A stretch of DNA of 63,849 nt, counting the filler, from Octopus bimaculoides (Eukaryota): the NCBI RefSeq assembly GCF_001194135.2. It is 5 parts of 5 records of this genome, joined end to end, with 100 filler letters (N's around TTAATTAATTAA, not from the genome) between each part and the next. Parts side by side here need not be neighbours in the genome. Positions count along the whole stretch, not along the records: positions 28,685 to 39,576 come from NC_069007.1; positions 39,677 to 47,133 come from NW_026315910.1; 3 more parts are not named here. One strand, given 5' to 3'. The notes beneath the pieces are model-generated. The model saw only the letters and a list, made by a program, of their open reading frames with translations, was not told the origin of the DNA and did not search any database. The position numbers were made by a program, and so were the translations under genes. Shown here one piece after another: positions 30,283 to 42,170 of this stretch; position 1 is the first letter of the stretch; each line of letters starts with the position of its first letter.

Positions 30283-30503
30283 TTAATCCTTTAGCATTTA
30301 AACTGGCCATATCCGGCCCAAGTATTCTACTTGTTTTACATTCAAACTGGCCTCTCGCATGTAACCTATGCTGACATTCTAAAAATAAGCAATCACATCA
30401 TCTAAACCTCAAAGCTGTAGTAGGATAATGCATGAATTATTCAAAACAATTTGGATTAAAATGCATTAGATTTGACAGGTTAATCTGAATGCTAAAGGGT
30501 TAA
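30283..30503. mobile_element. TTAA-flanked piggyBac-like MITE
   Basis: TTAATCCTTTAGCATT ... AATGCTAAAGGGTTAA terminal inverted repeats. Confidence 0.8.
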
Positions 30504-30887
30504 AGAATAATACGTGATTGAGAAAGAAACTGTAATCTAGGAGACAGCCAGATTGACCCGAAGCAGACTTGGAAAAGGGATGTCATAGATGAGGAGGCAA
30601 ATGGTGATGAAATGACTTTGATACATCTAGCTGATTGATTGATTAATTGATTGAATGATTAATCAAACAATCAATTAGTTAATTCATTAAATGGTTAACT
30701 AATAACTAATAATTCTTTCTAATTTTGGCACAGGGTCTGAAATTTTGAAGAATGGGGGGAAGTCAGTCACATCAACCCCAGTATTTGACTGGTACTTATT
30801 TTATTGACCCTGAAAGGATGAAAGGCTAAGTTGACCTTGGTGGAATTAGAACTTAGCACATAAAGATAGACAAAAGTCTGCTAAGTA

Positions 30888-31533
30888 CAGGGTGTCCCAG
30901 GATCAATTATTTCAGTGAAATCAGACAATTGAAACAAAAATCAGACAATTGAAACAAAAACTGTTATGGATAGATAAACAGGATCCAGCAGGAATGAAAA
31001 TGAAATTATATCAGATATTATATACATTATAGAATTATAAACAAAATAAAAAAAATTATACTCTTATTTATGTTCATCATGTTTAATATGTGTAAAAAGA
31101 GTATAATTTTTTTTATTTTGTTTATAATTCTATAATGTATATAATATCTTATATAATTTCATTTTCATTCCTGCTGGATCCTGTTTATCTATCCATAACA
31201 GTTTTTGTTTCAATTTGGCTGTAATCATTTTCTCCACCACCATCCTCAGGATGGAGTAACATGTTAGGTAGACTTGAAGAACACAATCAGGGTGTAGCGC
31301 AGGAGATAAACCCTGAAATGCTTCAAAATCCGTTTCGCAATGCTAAGGATAGATTTGAAATTTTGAAGGGAAACAAATGGAGCACACATTGAAAATTTTC
31401 AGTCAAGTTTTGACAGGATTTATAAATCCACTTGTTTTGGTATCATAATCAAATAAGAAACATAAAGTTCTGTCAGTTTTTCTTAAATTTGCCTGATTTC
31501 ACTGAAATAAATAGTTAATTCTGGGACACCCTG
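30888..31533. mobile_element. Tc1/mariner-type non-autonomous element with internal 119-bp palindrome, inserted in a family B SINE
   Basis: TA-CAGGGTGTCCCAG ... CTGGGACACCCTG-TA; TIR similarity extends ~55 bp; SINE sequence continues on both sides. Confidence 0.9.
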
Positions 31534-31820
31534 TATTTGGTCCAATAATTCTGACTGCTTGCAGACTTTTCAATTGATTAATAATACTAAAAGAAGTGAA
31601 ATGCAACCAGTGTGTGTGTGTTTATTGGCATAGTGGCTCACCCAAGATAGAAAAAAAAAATTACTAAAGCAAAATTGTCCATAAATTCAGCTAAAGCATG
31701 GAAAGATAGTAATGAGATTAACTAAAATGTGTGAAAGGTAGGGGACCAAGATATGTAGGCCATTGTTGTACTTTAGAAGACCCACCCATCATAACAGAAT
31801 TGAGATGCCAAGTAAAAATC

Positions 31821-32040
31821 ACTGGTGCTGGTACAACTTAAAAAGCACCTGTGAATGGTGCCACATAGAAAGCACCTGCTACACTCTGTGGAGGGGTTGG
31901 CATTAGGAAGAGCATCCAGTGGCCCCTGGCCTTACAAGTTCCAGTCAAGTTGTCTGACCCCCATGCCAGCATGTAAAATGGACATTAAATGATGATGATG
32001 ATGATGATGATGGTGTTGATGTTGATAATGATGATGATGA
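31821..32040 (+). mobile_element. RTE-type LINE 3' tail with (TGA)n end
   Basis: AAAAGCACC..TTGGCATTAGGAAGAGCATCCAG..CCATGCCAGCATG..AAATGATGATG; homologous to 32783-33045. Confidence 0.7.
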
Positions 32041-32528
32041 TGTGGCTTATGGAGAGGTCACATGGTTTAAAACAGAGAGCATGAAAGTAGATTCTGATAC
32101 CGAAATCAAGGAATTAAACCTCAGCCGCATGTAAAAATATAGTAATTGGAGATAAAACTGATAAAATATAACACAAACAAATAAACCACCACATCTGAGC
32201 TAAATTAATGTTGTTGTATATACAAACACTGTTCTATAGCCATGAAAATATGGCTGTAACAATCTGGAAAAGATGAAGGTGGTGAACATGATAGTAGAGT
32301 GGAAATTCAGATGAAAACTGTTGGAAACATGATGATGATGATGATGATAATGATAATAATAATAATAATAATAATAATTTGGGCACCGGACAAATTGGCT
32401 AACATAAAGGAAATGCATACTTAAAAATGAAACAGATATCATGCACACAATATATGCATATGTGTGTGTGTATACACACACACTTTTATGTACATATACA
32501 TACATATATATATAAATATATACATATA

Positions 32529-32611
<83 letters not shown>

Positions 32612-32782
32612 GCATATATATTTGTATGTATATGTATATATATCTATCTATCCATCTATATAATTATAGGTATATATATATATATATATATACATACTTA
32701 CATATGTATATGTATAAATATATATACATATGTATATATATATATATATGCACATATATATCAAATTTATATATATATATAT

Positions 32783-33045
32783 GACCGAGACCTTTGGTAT
32801 TATGTCGTGCTTGAGAAGAAGACCTATCAAGCCAAGCAAAATTGCAGTCGTGGCAGATACCAGTGTAATGCAAATTGGCACTTGTGCCAGTGGCACATAA
32901 AAGTTAGGAAGGGCATCCAGTCGTAGAAACCATGCCAAATCAGATTGGGGTCTGGTACAGCCTTCCAGCCTGCCTGCCCCGATCAAACCATCCAACCCAT
33001 GCCAGCGTAGACAACAGACGTTAAATGATGATGATGATGATGATG
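32783..33045 (+). mobile_element. RTE-type LINE 3' end
   Basis: ORF end [13 protein letters not shown] followed by the shared tail and (TGA)n. Confidence 0.75.
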
Positions 33046-34583
33046 GAACTGACTACGCAACGAAAATGTTAGCAACAACAAAACAAACATGTGAGTGTGT
33101 GCTTCTGTATGTTCATGTATGTGTGTATGAAGAGGCAAGACAAACTAGAAGCGCAACGAAGCATGTGAACATAAAAAATTGAAAGTAATAATAATTATGA
33201 AACAAAAAATAACAACCCCTACAACTAATAGCAAAACAAAACCAAGAATAACAAGAAAAAAAAACACATTTACAAGAAAAATTGCAAAAACAAATGTATT
33301 GATATAAGTAAAACAAACAAATATTATTATTCGTAAGGTTTCATAAGAGTTTCTGTATAGCTTGATTGAGTTACAACAGTACGGAGTATGTTATGTTGTA
33401 TGTGTATGTGTGTGTGTGTACAGAGAGAGAGAGAGAGAGAGAGGAAGTGTGGTATGGGGGCGTCAGGTTAAATATAATATTACACAGGAATTGTATTAGT
33501 TTGGGAAGTGGCTTGAACCTGAGACTGTACTACTATGCAATTAATTACATGAGACAACAGTAAGTTTAACCATTTAAGAGTTCACACACACACACACACA
33601 CACACATGCTCATTTGCATAGCTTGGATCTCCTGTTTTGAATTACAGAATTCGATTCTTTAAAAACAATCTTCTCTACATGTAGTTTTGCTTACTAATTA
33701 TGAAAATTCCATTGGTTTCCCCCACCCCACCCCTTTTCAAGAAATTTCTTAACATAAAAAGTTATGAAACTTTACAGATTGAAATTGTTGCCATGGCGGA
33801 GATTTCCAACAGTCGGAGGCAAGAGGCAAGACATGTGAAATGAATTGTCTGGTCTCTGTGGAAATATTCCAGGCAAAAACAGAGGCACGTTTTAGCCAGT
33901 TGTCTTTGAAATGCTGCAAAGAATTGGTGCTAAAAACTTGTCTATCTTATAAGCCTCATTAGGAGACATTCTAGAAGGTTCTAGAGGATTGCATCACATG
34001 ATGGATTGAAGCTGATTGGTCAGTTAGTTAATCAGCGAATCATGTGAGATGGCTGTTACTAAGCTGTGACTTTTACTTGGCAATTTGTTGACTTGGTTTC
34101 AAATCTGTCATAAAATCTTTGAAGCTGTCATTATCGTTAGCACCTGTACAAGATGCTTAATGACATTTTTTGCAGCTTTACATTCTGAGTTCAAATTCTG
34201 CCACATCCAGACATCAAGGTGCCACCAGCTTCCTGTACAGTGATGTGGTCAAAGAAATTCCATTTTTTCTAAATGAACTGGTGTTGCTGAGCAACTGTCA
34301 TTCTTTGACAACACCATGTGACCTGCCTTGACAAATAGCAGCCTATCTTCCAGTAGGCATCTTGGACTGCCTGTATCACTTCATTCGGCAGTCTAAAGCC
34401 TGAAAGAGACGAGCTTCTGTAAGAGGTCGGTGAAACTTTAAGTCGCAGAGAACTGAATCAAACCATTTTAAATAATATGTATATTTGTGTGTGTGTATGT
34501 GTGTGTGTGTGTGTGTGCGTGTGTGACTGTGTGTGTGTGTGTGAATTGTAAGAGATATGAGCAGATAAATGAAAAACTTTAAA

Positions 34584-34758
34584 CAGGAGTGGCTGTGTGG
34601 TAAGTAGCTTGCTTACCAACCACATGGTTCTGGGTTCAGTCCCACTGCGTGGCATCTTGGGCAAGTGTCTTCTACTATAGCCTCGGGCTGACCAAAGCCT
34701 TGTGAGTGGATTTGGTCGACGGAAAGTGAAAAAAGCCCGTAATATATATGTATATATA

Positions 34759-34789
<31 letters not shown>

Positions 34790-34998
34790 TTGTGTATCTG
34801 TGTTTGTCTCCCCCTAGCATTGCTTGACAACCGATGCTGGTGTGTTTATGTCCCCGGCACATAGCGGTTCGGCAAAAGACACTGATAGAATAAGTGCTAG
34901 GCTTACAAAGAATAAGTCCCGGGGTCGATTTGTTCTACTAAAGGCGGTGCTCCAGCATGGCTGCAGTCAAATGACTGAAACAAGTAAAAGAGTAAAAG
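34584..34998 (+). mobile_element. SINE family A, near-intact reference copy
   Basis: GGAGTGGCTGTGTGGTAAG head, GGGTTCAGTCCC B-box-like motif, internal TA/GT microsatellite, GTAAAAGAGTAAAAG tail. Confidence 0.9.
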
Positions 34999-35244
34999 TT
35001 GAATTGAAAGATATCAAGTAAAGACCCTGAAGAAACTACACCAGTTGGCTGCGATTTGACACAATGGGGATGACTCTCTCAAAGTGCTGGATGTTAAGAC
35101 ACTTGAAAGTCAGAGTCATCGACAATAATTTACTAAGTTACAAGGACATAAACACACCAACACTGGCTGTCATGTGGTGGTGGGGTGGGAGACAAATACA
35201 CATATGTATGTGTGTATGTATATATATATATATTTTATTTATGT

Positions 35245-35543
35245 GCCCTTTTAAAGCCTAGCCAGGCTCATGGGTCCAGTTTCCCGGTTTCTATGGCGTA
35301 TGTGTTCCCCCCAGCTGGACGGGACGCCAGTCCATCGCAGCATTATTCAAGAGACAGGAAGAAAGAGTGAGAGAAAGTTGGGGCGAAAGTGTACAACAGG
35401 GGTCGCCACCACCCCCTGCTGGAGCCTTGTGGAGCTTTAGGTGTTTTCGCTCAATAAACACACACAATGCTCGGTCTGGGAATTGAAACTGCGATCCTCC
35501 GACCGCGAGTCCGCTGCCCTAACCACTGGGCCATTGCGCCTCC
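35245..35543 (-). mobile_element. tRNA-derived SINE, GGAGGCGCAATGG head with a V-domain-like 3' part
   Basis: Same head as 21386 but continues into CTGCGATGGACTGGCGTCCCGTCCAG. Confidence 0.8.
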
Positions 35544-35553
35544 ACCACTATAT

Positions 35554-35596
<43 letters not shown>

Positions 35597-35880
35597 AATA
35601 AAATGAATGGTTTACACCTGGTAGCTTACTAGTAAAGCTAGGTGTATCAGAACAATTGTCATGATTAATAATAACTTCTCGTATATTCCATCTTCCCTCT
35701 TTCATTTACCATATATATATCATCATCAGCATCATCATCATTTAACATCTGTTTTCCATGCTGGCATGGGTTGAGCGGTTTGACAAGTGCTGACCAGCTG
35801 AAGAGCTGTTCAGTTGAAATTTACAGAAAAACAAAAGATGAAGACAGGTGTATGAACAACAAGCCCAGGAAAATGAGAAA

Positions 35881-35920
35881 GTCTTTTGCATTTCAAGCCT
35901 ATGCTCTTCATCAGAAAAGA
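35881..35920 (-). ncRNA. decayed minimal hammerhead-like motif (PLE-type)
   Basis: Minus strand: TCTTTT-CTGATGA-A-GAG-CATAGG-CTT-GAAAT-GC-A-AAAGA. Confidence 0.45.
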
Positions 35921-36142
35921 GTAAGAGGAAATAAACAGAGAGAGAATAAAAAAGTTTGTGGATTTAACGGTCAAGCATGGCAACTGGTTGGGGAAAAAAA
36001 GGCTTGAATGTACAGAGTGTGAAAGTTTAAAAAATTCAAAAGTCGTTGAGAGACAAAAAAAAAAAGGAAGAAAAGAAGAAAAGGAGAGAGAAAGCAAAAT
36101 GCTAATGATTTCGCTAGCCTGCCTTATATATATATATATATT

Positions 36143-36175
<33 letters not shown>

Positions 36176-36794
36176 GTATGTGTGCTTGTATATATGTATG
36201 TATGCATGCATGCCATACATACATACATACATTGAATTTAATATATATTCCAGCCAGTTTATTTGATGAACATAAAACAAAAATGTTGAATGCATTACAG
36301 ATTATGCTTTCGATTGTCTTCCATAGTTTATCAGTTAATTGTCTCATGAATAATACAATATGTTGTGAATAAAATAAATTACCATCGATTTCCTTCCGTA
36401 GTTTATCACTCAACTTTCCTATGAATATTGTATGTTGTTGTACAATAGATTATGTCCTCGATATTGTTCCGTAGTTACTTGTTTACGCACGCACAGACGA
36501 TCGCAGATGAATATCAGAGTAAATTGTCTTTACAATTATGTTTCTACTTTAAAAGCTAGATTCTGCTTCAATTGTTCAATATATTTGTTAATAATAAACA
36601 TTGTATCGATATATTTTTAATTAATGTCACCATGTTATTGAAATTATTGAAGAATTTAGTAAAATAGCCGCGGCATCATCATCCAACTAAATGGTTCTCA
36701 TCCATTTTTTATCTATGGATCCATTTGATTACTTTTTTTTTATTCTGGTGCCCCCCCCCCCCCAGCCATTCGATGTCTAGAAATTAGTTTTACT

Positions 36795-36995
36795 GTTTGA
36801 CTCTTTCACTTGTTTCAGTCATTTGACTGCGGCCATGCTGGAGCACCGCCTTTAGTCGAGCAAATTGACCCCAGGACTTATTCTTTGTAAACCTAGCACT
36901 TATTCTATTGGTCTCTTTTGCCGAACTGCTGGGTTACGGGGGGACACAAACACACCAACAGCAGTTGTCAGGCGATGACTTGGGGGACAAACACA
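36795..36995 (-). mobile_element. SINE family A, 3' half
   Basis: Reverse complement of about 34800-34998. Confidence 0.85.
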
Positions 36996-37044
36996 TACAA
37001 ACATAAATATTTTCAAAATCAATCAAAATACAGTAACAAAAGGG

Positions 37045-37254
37045 TTAACTCTTTTGATGCCAATTCGACTGATGCAGCCCCTGGTTCTCAGATATAGACT
37101 TTCTGTTTCAAAGTGATCTCAACTAAAACCTTCAATCAGAATTTCTTGTTCCAAACACCAGCTCGTTTATAATAAAATCATTCACTAAATTCTTTATTTT
37201 CAAAATTTATTGAAACAAAAGTAGTGAATTTTAACAGACTTAATGGTACCAAAA
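37045..37254 (-). mobile_element. piggyBac-like MITE, diverged relative of 40886-41356
   Basis: TTAACTCTTTTGATGCCAA start; internal CACTAAATTCTTT..TTGAAACAAA matches the reverse complement of the 40886 family. Confidence 0.55.
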
Positions 37255-37360
37255 TATGGCACCATTATGTAAATGAGTTTGAGACTCTCAACATACTTGT
37301 TTTTATTCTAATTAGTATCCTTAATCTTCTGTTATTCAACAGCTTCGAAGGGAGAAGGAA

Positions 37361-37400
37361 TTAACCTGATGAGTGTTCAAGAGATGAAACCAGTTGATAC
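37361..37400 (+). ncRNA. decayed hammerhead-like motif
   Basis: TTAAC-CTGATGA-GTGTTCAAGAGAT-GAAAC-CA-GTT-GATA; two CpG-type reversions would restore C-GAAACCGGT. Confidence 0.35.
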
Positions 37401-37929
37401 TATTTATATTTCATGCAGCTGAAAAGCCATGTGGTCTACCCATGTGACCTAATTTCACAGCCGGAAAGAAATATAAATTGATATAAATCTGTATAAATAT
37501 TTATATATGAAGACAAATATTTCCCTGGTCCTCTCATCATCGTAGCATATCCTACCGTCCCTGCCAATGCTTCTCCTTTCATCGTTGTCGTCTGCTTATT
37601 CAATATTCGATAGATAGGTAGATACAGACACAGATGGATAGATAGATAAATAGATAGATAGATAGATAGATATAGAGAGAGGGGGTAGAGGTGAGTACAG
37701 AAAAAATAGGCAACTAAAAAGAAGATGAAAGGAGCAGTAAGATATAGTTAGAGATAGGGAATAGAGGGGGGGGGAGAAAGAGAGAGAGATAGAAAGAGAG
37801 AAAAGAAAGACAAGTGAGAGTAAGGAGAGGGATCTGTTAGAGAAACAGTGAGAGGAGACAAGGGGGCAATGATGTTCGCACATGGAATTGTGGAATAAAG
37901 AAAGGGACATATATATGTGTATGTGTGTG

Positions 37930-38017
<88 letters not shown>

Positions 38018-38018
38018 T

Positions 38019-38170
38019 GCGGGCATGGCTGTGTGGTAAGAAGCTTGCTTCCCAACCATATGGTTCTGGGTTCAGTCTCACTATGTGGCACCTTGGGCAA
38101 GTGTCTTCTACTATGGGTCAACCAAAGCTTTGTGAGTGGATTTGGTACACAGAAACTGAAAGAAGCCTGT
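38019..38170 (+). mobile_element. SINE family A, 5' half
   Basis: GCATGGCTGTGTGGTAAGAAGC..GAAACTGAAAGAAGCC. Confidence 0.85.
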
Positions 38171-38520
38171 CATATATATATATATATGTATATATGTGTG
38201 TGTGTGTGTGTGTATACAAATAGATAGATAGATAGGGGGAAAATAGCAAGAGAAAGGCTGAAAGGAATTAAGAAAGAGTAGAGAATTAGAGGGAATGTGA
38301 GAAGAAAAGAAAAGAGAGAGAGAGCGTGAGAGATGGTGGGAGGGAACAAAAGAAAGTAAGTGGAAGAGTGTATTGTGTGGTTGATGAAAAATGCAGAAGG
38401 GAAGGAGAAAAAATTATTGAGCAAAAAGGAAAATGAGATAACCACTGGGATGAATGAAATAAAAGCCCACAATTGTGTGGGAGTTAAATGAAGGAGAAAC
38501 AAAACAATGGGAAAGATGAG

Positions 38521-38680
38521 TAGAAGGAAGAGGTAAGAGAAGGTAGGAGGTAATTGATGAAAAAATAGGAGGAAGAGGTAAGAGAAAGGAGGAGGTAATT
38601 GAAGACAAAGTAGGAGGAAGATGTAAGAGAAAGGAGGCAGTAATTGATGAAGAAGTAGGAGGAAGAGGTAAGAGACTAAG
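38521..38680. repeat. 45-bp purine-rich minisatellite, about 3.5 copies
   Basis: GGAAGA(G/T)GTAAGAGA recurs at 38526, 38571, 38616 and 38661. Confidence 0.85.
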
Positions 38681-39934
38681 AGAAGTAGGAGGGAGTGAAC
38701 TGATTTTATAGGAAGATCTGCTTGAGTTGAGATATTATTGTAGGCAGTCTTGTTTATCTTGTTTGCTTCAGTCAGGACTGTGGCCATGCTGGGGCATCGT
38801 CTTGAAGGAATTAGTTGAACAAATCAACCCCAGTACTTATTTATTTTTAAAGTTTGCCACTTGTTCTATTGGTGTGTGTGTGGGGGTGTATATATATATA
38901 CATATGTATATACATATNNNNNNNNNNNNNNNNNNNNNNNNNNNNNNNNNNNNNNNNNNNNNNNNNNNNNNNNNNNNNNNNNNNNNNNNNNNNNNNNNNN
39001 NNNNNNNNNNNNNNNNNNNNNNNNNNNNNNNNNNNNNNNNNNNNNNNNNNNNNNNNNNNNNNNNNNNNNNNNNNNNNNNNNNNNNNNNNATATATATATA
39101 TATATACACACACACACATTGTTCTATCAGTGTGTGTGTGTAATGTACTGTTCCATGATAGAAAATTCAACAAAAAAAAGTACTCCACCTGGTGGGAGAT
39201 AAACATTATTTATTTAAAGATCTCAATACATGTATTAAAACGCTACTAATAGTTTCGTATGTTAAGAAATACTCAAACGTATTCTTCAGGCACAAACCTC
39301 ATATCATAACAAACAAAAAAGTTGAAGAAGAGAAGAAACGAAAAAAATATTGAGAAGGCAGCATATAGAAAATGCAGAAAGTAAAAAGAGGGAAAACGAA
39401 AGCACAAAAACTAGAATATGAAATATAAAAAGTAAAAAGGAGAAAGAGCTATCCTCCTTAGACCTTAAATGATAAAGCTGGAAAGATATGAAGTCAGTCA
39501 GGAATAGGTGGAATTTTCCAATTCTTCAGAATATATATATATGTATATATATATGTGTATATATATATATATATATNNNNNNNNNNNNNNNNNNNNNNNN
39601 NNNNNNNNNNNNNNNNNNNNTTAATTAATTAANNNNNNNNNNNNNNNNNNNNNNNNNNNNNNNNNNNNNNNNNNNNTGTGTGTGTGCGTGTGTTTGCATT
39701 CATATATCCTTGTGTATAGATATGTGTGCATCTATGTGTGTGTATATATAACAATATGTGGGTCGCGCGCGTGTGTGTGTGAGAAAAGGGGATTAGGTTG
39801 GTAGAGCAACAGCTGGCATTTGTGTGTCCACGAGGTGGGCGCTGGGGGTGGGGGCGGGGGTGAGGTTGGTCGATTTAAGTGAGGGATTATCCGTTTTCCT
39901 TTACATGTTGGATTATCTCTGTGGATTATAACGG

Positions 39935-40270
39935 TTTAGCCCCAGGTCAGTCACAGATTTAGTGGACAGTGTTTACGATCAAAAGAAGTTCCAGCTGTGG
40001 CCATCTCATCTTTTATTCAGGCATAGTGTATCTAGGACTACATTATCGAATGTACAGTATAGCAGTTAGTATTACTGGCTATAGTTGTTGTTGTTGTTTA
40101 ACCCCAGGTCAGTCCTGATCCAGACAGGCCCATGATCAAAGACGCTCCAGCTGTGACCATCCCATCCTTTATTCAGGCATAGTGTATCTAGGACTACATC
40201 ATCTAATGTATTGTATACTACTTAGTATTGATTGCTATAGTTGTTGTTTAACCCCAGGTCAGTCCTGGTC
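39935..40270. repeat. imperfect tandem repeat (162- and 150-bp periods) of a short interspersed element
   Basis: TTTA(G/A)CCCCAGGTCAG at 39935, 40097 and 40247; shared ATTCAGGCATAGTGTATCTAGGACTACAT; decayed relative at about 60655-60800. Confidence 0.8.
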
Positions 40271-40384
40271 CTGTAAACAGCAAACCTGTCTGCTTCCATA
40301 TTGGGATATTAGGTTTTAAAGAGATTCAATCATATGTGTATCCTAACCCTTACCTCTCTTCTCTTCCATGTTTGTTTTCTGCAG

Positions 40385-40662
40385 GTCTGTTGCGGGGTTC
40401 GGTGAGGGGTCGCGCCCGAAGAGTGAAGTCCCAGATCTGCGATGACGCCATGCAGAAACCCCAGTCTGCCGGCAACTCGAGGCGGTCGCTCAACACCTTG
40501 CTGACGAATGTGAGTTCGTCTGGTGCGACGACGGGCGCAATGGATGAACTGAAGCAGCAAGGCATTCAGGCCGCTGAATCCCTTGCCAGCGATTCGGTGG
40601 TGGCAGGGCACTGTGCCTCCGCCGAGGAGACCACATTTGATGACAGCGAAGAATGGGCTAAG
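40385..40662 (+). CDS. ANKS1: internal coding exon (phase 1 to phase 0) of an ANKS1A/ANKS1B-like gene (ankyrin-SAM-PTB scaffold)
   Basis: Pyrimidine tract + GCAG acceptor; AAG|GTATAT donor; GC-rich 278-nt open frame GLLRGSVRG...FDDSEEWAK; recalled vertebrate motifs GLLHGSS and EWDEIEKIMSSIGEGI (symbol is inference). Confidence 0.8.
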
Positions 40663-40850
40663 GTATATATATAACAGTATATATATTTATATACACTCTC
40701 ACACACACACACACACACACACATGAACACACACAGACGAACACACTCATAAGCTTACATGTGTGAACACACACATGCATACATATGTTTATACATACAC
40801 ACATATACATACATGCATACACATATGTATATACATGTGGAGGCGCATAA

Positions 40851-41356
40851 CGAAAGGGTTAAGAATTGTTTCTCTATTATATATTCTAACCCTTTTCTTA
40901 CCATATTTCTGTTGAGATGCTCTGTGTTTCTTTCAATTAATTCTAAATATAACAAAGAATTTAGTAAAATAACTTCGTTATCTTTCAGCTAGTGTTAGGA
41001 ACATAAATTGTGACTAAGATATGGTGGAAGATTTTAATTCAGAACTTTTGAAAACAAGACATTTGTACTACAGAGCAAGAGGTGCTTTCAGCCAGGGGGT
41101 CAAGAATTGTTTCTCTATTATATATTCTAACCCTTTTCTTACCATATTTCTGTTGAGATGTTCTGTGTTTCTTTCAATTAATTCTAAATATAACAAAGAA
41201 TTTAGTAAAATAACTTCGTTATCATTCAGCTAGTGTTAGGAACATAAATTGTGACTAAGGTTTGGTGGAAGATTTTAATTCAGAACTTATGGAAACAAGA
41301 CATTTGTACTACAGAGCAAGAGGTGCTTTCAGCCAGGTTGGTATCGAAAGGGTTAA
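40851..41356. mobile_element. 241-bp tandem duplication of a TTAA-type (piggyBac-like) MITE plus flank
   Basis: Units start AAGAATTGTTTCTC at 40861 and 41102; ends (C/T)TAACCCTTTT..TACC / GGTATCGAAAGGGTTAA. Confidence 0.85.
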
Positions 41357-41879
41357 GTTGTAGGTCATGCGCCAAAGTGGCACCCAGTACCTATCATTCC
41401 TATCAAAAACTTCATAATATAATGATAACTGATCCAAAATAATTTGTGTACTTATTCTTTCTTGTATACAAATTCAACGTAAATAATAAAGAAATATATT
41501 TTTTTGCTTGGAAATTGAAAAAAGAAAAACAAAATGTGTATGTTAAGAGGTTAATGTAACAAAATAATTGCCATGATTGTTTGTGTGTGTACATAACAAT
41601 CAGTTCAGTGTTGTGATGGCTTAAATAACAGGAAAAAGGAAAAGAAAAATGAACCCGGCCACTGTGTCTAACTTTCTGGACATTGTTAAGTGTTCTCATT
41701 GTTCGATGGTGACACTTGAAGTGGCAGCCGTTGTGTCCTGGTCGCAAAACTGCACCCAATATTGACCACAGGATACCAGGACGGAAGTGAAGAGTGCTAA
41801 GATGTGGGACGAGGGAAACAGGACAAGCTTCGATGATGTCGGGGGAAGTTTGTTTCTTTTCTTTTTTTTTTTTGGTATT

Positions 41880-42170
41880 CATCATCATCGTCGTTTAACG
41901 TCCGCTTTCCATGCTAGCATGGGTTGGACGATTTGACTGAGGACTGGTGAAACCGGATGGCTACACCAGGCTCCAATCTGATCTGGCAGAGTTTCTACAG
42001 CTGGATGCCCTTCCTAACGCCAATCACTCTGAGAGTGTAGTGGGTACTTTTTCGTGCCACCGCCACGAAGGCCAGTCAGGTGGTACTGGCAACGGCCACG
42101 CTCGAAATGGTGTATTTTATGTGCCACCCGCACAAGAGCCAGTCCAGAAGCACTGGCAACGATCTCGCTC
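41880..42170 (-). mobile_element. RTE-type LINE 3' tail
   Basis: Reverse complement of the tail at 31821 and 32783; begins with (CAT)n. Confidence 0.75.

Noticed and set aside
32200-32263. Minus-strand acceptor followed by [14 protein letters not shown], spaced like the start of a fibrinogen domain
   Set aside because: Needs a frameshift, lacks the conserved SG before VY, stops within 20 codons, and lies 26 kb from exon 1; probably chance
38521-40270. Regularly spaced repeats as a possible CRISPR-like array
   Set aside because: Animal genome; units are wholly repeated with no unique spacers
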